Assembly (NCBI GenBank): GCA_000965745.1
Contig: CP009479.1
Span: 2,048,001 to 2,112,000 of the forward strand
Origin: an uncultured archaeon
GTDB taxonomy: Archaea > Thermoplasmatota > Thermoplasmata > Thermoplasmatales > Thermoplasmataceae
Direction of reading: 5' to 3'
DNA: 64,000 nucleotides
Shown: positions 57,401 through 64,000 of the stretch, piece by piece
Layout of the letters: each line of letters starts with the position of its first letter
How positions within the stretch are numbered: the first letter of the stretch is position 1
Position numbers and translations under genes: made by a program
Notes under the pieces: generated by a model
Seen by the model: the letters and a program-made list of their open reading frames with translations, nothing else
Told to the model about the DNA's origin: nothing
The model's database searches: none

Positions 57401-60400
57401 GTGTAATCCGGCAGTTTCGATCCGCCAGCGCCTGTTACATTAAGGAACAGCGTGTTGAAGTGCACAAAGATGTCATTTACCTGTGACGCACCGTTTGAGA
57501 TGTTCACATAAGAGACATTTGTGTACAGCTTGCCTCCATCGATAACCGAAGCCTCATAGGACAGTGGAAGAAGGTTATTTGCAGAGTACTGCCCGTTTTG
57601 TATCTTAAGTGAATACGACACATTGAAGGTTTGGTTGTGCAGCTCCACTGACCCGGACTGCACCAGGGGCTGGGAGAACACTTTTACGTTCTTCTGTTCG
57701 GTCGTGTTCTGGAATTCGTTTCTAACATAACCAGAAACGCTGTTGTTCTTAAGCACGTAGTTCTTTTCTATCACATAGCTTGGAAGGCCTGTCGTCTGAT
57801 TATAGCCTGTAACAACCCTGTTTGCCTGGTTCTCACTAACCTTCACTTTTATGTCGGTTATCGACGTCTTGCCGAGCATGAACAGGCTGTTGAATGAGCC
57901 TGTAGTAATTGCGACAGTGTCGTTACCGGGCAGTCCAACGAGACTGTAGTACCCATTCTTGTTTGTTACTGTGGTCTGGTGAGGTATTCCATACTGATCG
58001 AAGACAGTTACCCTCATCCCGGGGGCAGGCTGTCCGTTAGGCAGGGTGATCTTGCCGGTTATGTTTGCTCCGGGGTAGTATGAGACTATTGGGGTTCCAC
58101 CCGATAGCAACTGGTTTGGAGGTGGAAATATTTCTGCGACCCCTTTCCCTTCCTGCCTGTATGTGTAGGCCTGCTGGAGAGGTATGAGTTTCCAGGCATT
58201 CGGATGTGCCTGATAATTGGAATACGGGTTCCATGGAATGCCCTCATATGTGACTACAAAGTGGCTCATGTTCCATGCCGGCATGACCTGGTATTTTGAC
58301 TGGCCGAACGTTACTCCCGGTATACCGTTCACCCCGCCCGCCACGTTGGGGGAATATCCCATGGTGAGCCTGTAAATGCTAGTGTTGTAGAACTGAGGAG
58401 TGTAAACGATACTGTAGTTGAGTGGCTGGAGACCCGGAGGTAGCTGGTTAAGCGGGAAGGTTCCATTTGCAGTTTGTGCGTATATCTGGTAGTAATTGGT
58501 CGGAACAATCTGCCCCGATGCTGATGCGTATGAAGGGGTATCAGTAAGGTAAGCTGGAGCATAGAAAATCCCAGTGTTCTGGCCGGATAGCGGGAAAAGC
58601 TGTCCGCTGTCTATCTGGATATATTTTATTGAGTTTCCTGTATCAGCTTCCAGCGCACTGTACGCGTTGACTATTGTTGAAAGCGGATACTTGGATGCCA
58701 GTTGCCCCTTAACAAGTGCATAATATGCATTTGCGTTTGAAATGCCCTTTATGAAGCTGCCATAAACCGATGAGTTGTCCGAAATCCAGGTTTTGTACTG
58801 GGCAGGATTCTTTATTATATTATTAATGAGCAATTCCTCCTGGTGACCGAAATACAGCGACATGGTCTTATTTACGCCTGTGGTGAAGGAATTGCCGTTG
58901 TGGTTATAATCTGCCTGGATAACTCTGGAGATGAAAAGTGATACGATCTGGCTCTGATTCTGTGCAAGAAGTATCTGCCCTGCTACTTGGTAACCTTGCT
59001 GGAAATCATCCGCGACTGCAGGATGCTGTCCCTGATATATCTCCTGGAAACCGTAATCCCACCATGAAACATAAGCGGGCCGTTGGTTCTGAGGTATATT
59101 TGTGTCTTGTGTGGAAAGCCATTGCAAGGACTTTGATAGCGGCTGGGACGTATTCACGATATAAAATCCGGACCCGCCGACAAACTGTGGCCCCTGTGAA
59201 GTATTGCCGAACCTCAGGGCTGGAGGGATTGTTTTGATTATCTGACTGTCAACTGATGTTGCAGTGTTTGCTGGCACTGCCGCAGAAACCATTGCAAAAC
59301 CGGCAGGTATGATCATCAGGAGCACGATAAGAACGGATGTCAAAGCGTGCATCCAGTTAATATTTCCTTTTATGGACTTGGTAACCGAGACCTGTGTGCT
59401 GACCCTTCTTTTCTTGATTTCGGTAAACTTGGAAGTTTCAGCGAAGTAAACGAGGACTCCTGCCCCAAGTGCTGCATAAGCCGGAGCTGCAGTGATGTTG
59501 AACCTTGCAGCTGCGAAGCTCATATAGATCGATACAATCGAGAAAACCAGCAGGAACAGATGAGATTCTTTCTTGTCCTTGAAGTACCTGTATATGATGA
59601 AGCCGACCCCTGCCATCCCAAGGATGAACTGGGCAGCCCCGAATCCGCTGATGTATTGTCCAAGCTGAGGTGCCTGTGCCTCACCAATCGTGGTATACAG
59701 ACGACTTTTTACGAAGTATCCCTGCCCGGATATAATTTCATGGAGTATTCCCGGTGCGAGCTGTCCGATAACAACAAGCCCGATGATGGCCACTACTACG
59801 ATTGAAGGGATTGTTATGATCCACGGCCTTCTTCCAAAAATGTTGAATACCAGTGCGAGGCTTATCACGATAAGACCCATGTAGAGGGGGTCGAGGAGCC
59901 ACAGATGGAAATATCCGTAGCCCAGCGCGTAATACGGGTATGCCCCAACGAGAAATCCGAACAGGATGAATATTATTGTGAGGTATGTCAGATGACCGGT
60001 CGGGACTTTCATTATAATATTTATGACCAGCTGGACAACTACATAGAGCAGTATGATTACCTCGATGTATGGATACCCCTGCCACGAAAGGATAAGCCCC
60101 CCTAGCGATGTTGCGCTTAACAGTGCATATATCGTGGCCAGCCTGTTCCGCCTCATGTATTCAACAAGAGAAGGAATGTAACTCCTGATTCCATAGAGAT
60201 TTTCAATTACTCTTGTCTTGGATATTGTGCCTATTCCTCTCTGGAAGAAATAAACTGCAAAGAATGCAAATAGCAACTCTGGAGTGTGCATCCTTCCGTC
60301 TGTCAGTATTCCCGCAGACAGGTTGCTGGGCATTAATGTGTAGAGGGTTGCTGCTATTATTCCCGCCTTCTTGCCGAAAACCTCGTTGGTTATGAGGTAA

Positions 60401-60804
60401 ACTGGTATGATAAGAAGTGCTCCGAACAGCGCATCAAGCTCATTGAAGAAGTAGTATGCGCCAAGGTTAACACCGCCCACTGCCGGGGATATGAGCACAG
60501 CTATAAGCACTGTGAACCAGTGGAAGAAAGGTGGCCTGGGGTTGTTTGCCCCAATCGGATAATTAAGAGAAGGATCGAATAGCAACTGGTGGTGGTATGT
60601 CAGAATATATTCAATTACCCTGTAATTGTAATATGGGTCACTTCCTCCTGAGGTGTTGAAGGCGAGTCCGACCCATGCCTGGTCCCATGCAAAGAAGTTT
60701 GAGATAAATACATAGAAACTCACCAATATTAATAGAGCGGTAAACTCTGGGCGAGTTCTGAAAACTGAAAGCTTAGATTCACGGTGTTCGCCTGTTTGAT
60801 CCAT
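54475..60804 (-). CDS. aglB: Oligosaccharyltransferase AglB/STT3 with long C-terminal beta-sandwich repeats (2109 aa)
   Basis: SDPYYN, TIGE, AARF, SWWDYG; multiple carboxypeptidase-regulatory-like repeats; C-terminal TM. Confidence 0.92.
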   Translation of the reverse strand: MDQTGEHRESKLSVFRTRPEFTALLILVSFYVFISNFFAWDQAWVGLAFNTSGGSDPYYNYRVIEYILTYHHQLLFDPSLNYPIGANNPRPPFFHWFTVLIAVLISPAVGGVNLGAYYFFNELDALFGALLIIPVYLITNEVFGKKAGIIAATLYTLMPSNLSAGILTDGRMHTPELLFAFFAVYFFQRGIGTISKTRVIENLYGIRSYIPSLVEYMRRNRLATIYALLSATSLGGLILSWQGYPYIEVIILLYVVVQLVINIIMKVPTGHLTYLTIIFILFGFLVGAYPYYALGYGYFHLWLLDPLYMGLIVISLALVFNIFGRRPWIITIPSIVVVAIIGLVVIGQLAPGILHEIISGQGYFVKSRLYTTIGEAQAPQLGQYISGFGAAQFILGMAGVGFIIYRYFKDKKESHLFLLVFSIVSIYMSFAAARFNITAAPAYAALGAGVLVYFAETSKFTEIKKRRVSTQVSVTKSIKGNINWMHALTSVLIVLLMIIPAGFAMVSAAVPANTATSVDSQIIKTIPPALRFGNTSQGPQFVGGSGFYIVNTSQPLSKSLQWLSTQDTNIPQNQRPAYVSWWDYGFQEIYQGQHPAVADDFQQGYQVAGQILLAQNQSQIVSLFISRVIQADYNHNGNSFTTGVNKTMSLYFGHQEELLINNIIKNPAQYKTWISDNSSVYGSFIKGISNANAYYALVKGQLASKYPLSTIVNAYSALEADTGNSIKYIQIDSGQLFPLSGQNTGIFYAPAYLTDTPSYASASGQIVPTNYYQIYAQTANGTFPLNQLPPGLQPLNYSIVYTPQFYNTSIYRLTMGYSPNVAGGVNGIPGVTFGQSKYQVMPAWNMSHFVVTYEGIPWNPYSNYQAHPNAWKLIPLQQAYTYRQEGKGVAEIFPPPNQLLSGGTPIVSYYPGANITGKITLPNGQPAPGMRVTVFDQYGIPHQTTVTNKNGYYSLVGLPGNDTVAITTGSFNSLFMLGKTSITDIKVKVSENQANRVVTGYNQTTGLPSYVIEKNYVLKNNSVSGYVRNEFQNTTEQKNVKVFSQPLVQSGSVELHNQTFNVSYSLKIQNGQYSANNLLPLSYEASVIDGGKLYTNVSYVNISNGASQVNDIFVHFNTLFLNVTGAGGSKLPDYTVKAEGSSGMVTENVTNSTGQAILWVTPGNYTLYAYNNNSVSALSHITFNAWGMNTSLNLTPKVSATVNGQVKGAAAGTTVKFMENGIYSQYYEVKTTANGFYSERLPYGTYTEYVQSGGSVALSTFTLTSQIWENMTLQKASYLSIGSTLKNVNLYRGFYQVLSSDGMLQFNFTRQVTATVALPAQSYSIAGVSSYLGNPYSAFRHVYLASNQTVNLTLAINQDTSVFVYNKAVAGGYNAQSAVDTGILTLYQSNIPVMYTTVGKQGYAQLDYVQNNASQFYVTYASPFYSAPQSGVTGSSLYLPVTPNNSPLHISFATAPGNPVVNGVLQLYGTRDYNLTISNNYASGNIVPGIYYGKITSTTLQAAPANPVYIVTTAGNTYVSPVKQYAAVSVNGAASISLFNSAGQHVADNSRVLLGVYTVYATNGSKVYQDLVNITGNRDLAFNYQQGYQLNLTNSLSLSGGYYLVKTGNMVVNLTKGAWILTATDYQVYYKNMYSNSTGSYYLSGSSSLSLTANRNLNVSVSSTEAYTGIYGKATFGGQPSPYTLVMLLNSEGKVADQARTNSTGYFNITVPHGTYTVYAINNQSSQAYFASETVKPFSGYNEYNISMENGYKTYVSVNLKTQLLQTNVTISIGSQKLLVNSTAGPFLLPIGNFTFSASQTESQAIYNGTTIQVTYGTNYTAYIHKNSYVTVTLEKSEVYSFVITQTTQTPNIGGNGTFDAGVSILNSGNSAVNVTLSSGSGQWSMVFNRTSMEIQPGQIMNVSVNVTGQHNPPAGLNRIPVVLSYNGQTTNGYINANVVGVSGFSASQTASLAIPNGTKVWVPVVLKNTGNEAIKVNFSIPQSSLTTLSEYNWKATFYAASQVGNSVTIPYNTSITVFVVMTPTGSGQAQAVSFDTYFNSTAVNHKVTVSSSVPVISSLSPYPKGQGIMSNYTGNPFGSLEIGLIMIAVIVVAGLIASGVRSRNRGKR

Positions 60805-60878
60805 CAGTATACTACCTAGGGTGCTCTAATAGAATCTTCATATAAAAAGCTAATTTGAAAGAAAGAGCATAGTATGCT

Positions 60879-60899
60879 CCGGTGCAGATTTCGCACCGG
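60879..60899. terminator. GC-rich hairpin downstream of 60909-61376
   Basis: CCGGTGC-N7-GCACCGG. Confidence 0.4.
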
Positions 60900-60908
60900 C
60901 TGTATGGA

Positions 60909-61376
60909 TCAGAGCAGTGTTATTACTTCATCATCGCTGTCATAATCAAGCAATCTCGTGTATCTTCCCCATCCAATAATGAGGTTAAATGTGTTCACAT
61001 CATCCTCTGAAGGAAAATTTGAGCGGATAAAATCCTCAAGTTCCTCCTTGGACATTTCAGGAACTTCCCTGCTTCTGAAATCCCTCATTAGGGAGTTGAA
61101 CGGTTCAACGTTGCTGACCTGCCTCTTCAAAATCTCTTTCCTTCCGTCAATGTTGGCCTTCAGAAATTCTTTTCCAAGTCCTGTGAGGTGAATGTCACCA
61201 TTCACGATGTCAAGGAGGCCAAGAGCATCAGCATCATTCAAAAGGTTCATGAGCGTGCTTCTCTCCTCATCGAGTGAGTCGTCAAGCCGAGCAATATCCA
61301 CAGACTTGCCGACATCCTCCAGGATTTCAAGCAGACCAACAATATCTCCAACGCCTCTGGTTTCCAAAAGGTGCAT
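60909..61376 (-). CDS. Stand-alone winged-helix protein resembling the AAA-associated C-terminal domain of NitT/TauT ABC ATPases
   Basis: GLLEIL, LGLL..GDIHLT..G..F, IIGWGRY..LLDYD; start at ATG 61376 inferred. Confidence 0.7.
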   Translation of the reverse strand: MHLLETRGVGDIVGLLEILEDVGKSVDIARLDDSLDEERSTLMNLLNDADALGLLDIVNGDIHLTGLGKEFLKANIDGRKEILKRQVSNVEPFNSLMRDFRSREVPEMSKEELEDFIRSNFPSEDDVNTFNLIIGWGRYTRLLDYDSDDEVITLL

Positions 61377-61541
61377 TTCTTTATACAGTATCCTGTATGA
61401 ATATTGACTTAAATTTTTTCCGCTTTTAAGATGAGGGCTGAGTGGAGTCAACTAAATTTTGACAATGTCGCTTTTAACCTCTGCATGTTGAATGCCGTTC
61501 AGGGGACTCTAGTTCATAAGGGTCTTCGGTATATAAATAAG

Positions 61542-62549
61542 ATGGGAAACCTCAGGTCTGAACTGTTAAGGGAACTAGAGTCAAGAGGACCCGGAGGCTT
61601 AAGGCAGAATGAGATTTACTCTGCCCTCAATTATTCAAGGTCTCACGTATCAGAAACACTCGCCTCACTTGAACGGGGAGGTATTATATTACGCAAGAGG
61701 GAAGGAAAGGCTTCAAAAAGGGTCTGGCTTACTGAGCAATATCCAGGGCACATTGAAGGCCTTGTACGGGTTGGGATATTGATGTCCTCGGAATACGTCC
61801 CGTTTCTGAGTTCCATATGGAAGTCCATGGAAGGAAAGAATCAAAAGATAAAGGTTAGGGTTTTTGGAAGTGCGCCTGATCTGATATCCTCATTGCATGA
61901 ATACACCCTTGAGATAGGGGTTGCCCCGACATTCACCCACGTCCTGTTTTCACTTACCAATAAGAAAGAGGTCATAATTTCTGCAGTAGGTAGCGGCGGG
62001 TCGGCCGTTTTATCCAACAGTGCAGTAAACAATAACCTGCTGGCAACTTCTGAATCCTCTACCATGGCGCTGATGTCCAGGGAATTGGTTAAGGAGAAAG
62101 GGGCAAAGATACATTTCTTTACTGACCCGGGAAAGGCGAAAGATGAATTTCTGGCTGGCTCTTTCGAATATATGGCAATCTGGGAGCCGTTCCTTTCCGA
62201 TGCAAGGAATCACCCTGGAATTGAGGAGGTGTCGGATAGTGGAGAAAAATCCTTTCTCAACCCGTGCTGCTCCATCGGGGTGAGCAGAAACTTCCTGGAG
62301 TCTGAAGGAGAACTTGTAAGGGTGATTTCAAGAGGATATCATGAATTCCTTGAGAAAATGGGAGAACCTGACCTTGATTATGGCATTGGCGTAATTTCTG
62401 ATGCCACGGGGTACAACCCTGAAGAACTCCTGGAATCCCTCAAATCCTATGAGTTTTCGGACAGATTGGATTTGGCTATGCTCAGAAAGTACATGATAGA
62501 CGTTGGAATCCCTGTCTCATCGGAACGATTGAAAGAAATGCTTCTTTAG
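61542..62549 (+). CDS. wHTH fused to substrate-binding-protein (type II) fold; putative transcription regulator
   Basis: GLRQNEIY..YSRSHVSETLASLERGG HTH; RVGIL..SEY, SGGS, STM, IWEPF, PCC; no signal peptide. Confidence 0.75.
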   Translation: MGNLRSELLRELESRGPGGLRQNEIYSALNYSRSHVSETLASLERGGIILRKREGKASKRVWLTEQYPGHIEGLVRVGILMSSEYVPFLSSIWKSMEGKNQKIKVRVFGSAPDLISSLHEYTLEIGVAPTFTHVLFSLTNKKEVIISAVGSGGSAVLSNSAVNNNLLATSESSTMALMSRELVKEKGAKIHFFTDPGKAKDEFLAGSFEYMAIWEPFLSDARNHPGIEEVSDSGEKSFLNPCCSIGVSRNFLESEGELVRVISRGYHEFLEKMGEPDLDYGIGVISDATGYNPEELLESLKSYEFSDRLDLAMLRKYMIDVGIPVSSERLKEMLL

Positions 62550-62552
62550 TGG

Positions 62553-64000
62553 CTACTGCAAAAGCATTTCCACTTCGAGCAGATTAAGCTCAAGCGCTGC
62601 TACCGGGGCATTCAAATCATACCTCACCAGGACATCAGGGTCCACTTCCCCAATTATCCCCACTGGCTTCCCGTTGAAGAAAATGCTGCCTGCCCTTCCC
62701 TCTATAAATCCTTCCTGCTTCTTCTGTCTGATCTCAATGGAACCGATGCCAAGTCTTGTTGCAGCATAATCAAGAACCTGCTTTATTGAGGAATAGGACG
62801 CTTTAGAGTCCATTATCACGGCACAGAAACGAGTTTCCTGTTCACCGTTGCTGTAAACCTCCCCAATCTCAAAAACTCTGTGCGGGAGGGGCCTTCTCTT
62901 GTTTATGCGCAGCAGCTCAAGGATGTTTATGTGAAGCCTGTCCCTTATAACAGAGTAATCAAGGCTCTTTGGGTTGCGAATCTCAATGCCTCCCACGTAT
63001 TGGAAATGCCTGTAATGGGATGACGATGATACGACGAATGTCCTTACTTCCTGGAGGCCTATGCCTATCATTGCGTCCCTCAAAAGGGATGAAAAATCGT
63101 TTGACCTGTTCGGGGTTCCGATCAGGGGGAGGTCCATCTTTTTCTCCCGGATCCTTGAAAGGCCGTAAGCCTTGACTACGTCCTCTATCACATCCACCTG
63201 CCCCATTACGTCGACCCTGTTTCCAGGTACCTTGACGCTTATCCAAGCCGAAGATGGCTCAGCCATGTATCCCATTCTCCTGAGTAGTTCAATGGTATTT
63301 TTCTGTGACGGATCCATTCCCGTGATCCTTTTCATTTCATCACTGGAAAGGTTGATCTCCCTTCCGTCATAACCATCTGCTCCGATTTCGGTGAATGCGC
63401 CTCCTGTAACACTAGCGGGGTAAACTGTATAACCGATATTCTGGAATTCATAAAGCAATAGGAAATATGCATCCCTGGCCGCTTTTCTGTCATTTCCTGT
63501 TATGTCAACAAAAAATCTCCTGGTTTTTTCATCCACCTTTGATTTCAAGCCGTTTATAACGGGTGGCATTGAAAGCACGCCGCCATCGCTGTCCAGTATC
63601 ACTGGCACTTCAGTATCCGATTCAATAAGCTTGCCGAACTCGACTCCTTTGGGATGCTCCTTCAGGATACGCTTTGCAGTTCCTGTTACAGTGCCGTCAT
63701 AAGTAGTAAATTCGATGCTGTCACTTTTCACCGCCCTGTACTCAAACGGGGGTTTTAGCTTGTCCAGATCATGAAGCCCTATGGAGACCTTGACTCTATT
63801 CTTGCCCAGGTTGTCGTGTATTCTTTCCTGGTAGTCGATCAGTCCTTCAAGGCTGCCTTCAATCGGCCTTCCGCTTGCAATAAACGCAATCGCATATTTC
63901 CTGATTTTCCTGACATTGCCAGAAATTCTAAATTCGACTTCAGAGATTGAACTTTCCCGATTAATCCAGTAGTCTCTGTCATAGAAGCATTTCATAGCTT
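62553..64000 (-). CDS. pheT: Phenylalanine-tRNA ligase beta subunit, 5'-truncated by window
   Basis: QERIH..GKNR..SIGLHD, LSMPPVIN, RVDVM..VDVIEDV..AYG. Confidence 0.95.
   Translation of the reverse strand, partial: AMKCFYDRDYWINRESSISEVEFRISGNVRKIRKYAIAFIASGRPIEGSLEGLIDYQERIHDNLGKNRVKVSIGLHDLDKLKPPFEYRAVKSDSIEFTTYDGTVTGTAKRILKEHPKGVEFGKLIESDTEVPVILDSDGGVLSMPPVINGLKSKVDEKTRRFFVDITGNDRKAARDAYFLLLYEFQNIGYTVYPASVTGGAFTEIGADGYDGREINLSSDEMKRITGMDPSQKNTIELLRRMGYMAEPSSAWISVKVPGNRVDVMGQVDVIEDVVKAYGLSRIREKKMDLPLIGTPNRSNDFSSLLRDAMIGIGLQEVRTFVVSSSSHYRHFQYVGGIEIRNPKSLDYSVIRDRLHINILELLRINKRRPLPHRVFEIGEVYSNGEQETRFCAVIMDSKASYSSIKQVLDYAATRLGIGSIEIRQKKQEGFIEGRAGSIFFNGKPVGIIGEVDPDVLVRYDLNAPVAALELNLLEVEMLLQ

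Noticed and set aside
1-64000. CRISPR array, cas genes, rRNA, and the many short antisense ORFs in the track
   Set aside because: No regularly spaced repeats or rRNA motifs were seen by eye; the short ORFs are shadows of well-supported genes.

Overview
Archaeal chromosomal window, almost certainly from a member of the Thermoplasmatales (rps8e-srp19, priL, rnp4, nep1, rps15 with a RecJ-like DHH gene, a 2109-aa AglB, an alkyltransferase-EndoV fusion, a TA0175-type phosphoglycolate phosphatase). Core housekeeping blocks lie at about 1-19.9 kb and 50.3-64 kb. Between them is an accessory zone. (1) tRNA-Leu(CAG) at 20865-20949, with a 52-bp direct repeat of its 3' half at 23295-23346, bounds a 2.4-kb integrated element carrying a decayed SSV-type integrase fragment and a secreted G1 (glutamic) peptidase. 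(2) An AT-rich extension holds a putative tandem ribbon-helix-helix protein, vapBC and a complete IS5/IS903-group element with a 9-bp target duplication. (3) An uncharacterised cluster at 28.3-34.9 kb combines three glycosyltransferases, a split-barrel/methyltransferase fusion and a Pol-beta nucleotidyltransferase. (4) A two-gene NAD-linked formate dehydrogenase is followed by an ABC-2 exporter. (5) A tnpB-only IS200/IS605 element can be resolved at both ends; removing it restores a host stop codon and predicts TAM TTCAC and the guide. No CRISPR array or rRNA was seen. All protein calls come from motif recognition by eye; no database searches were run.
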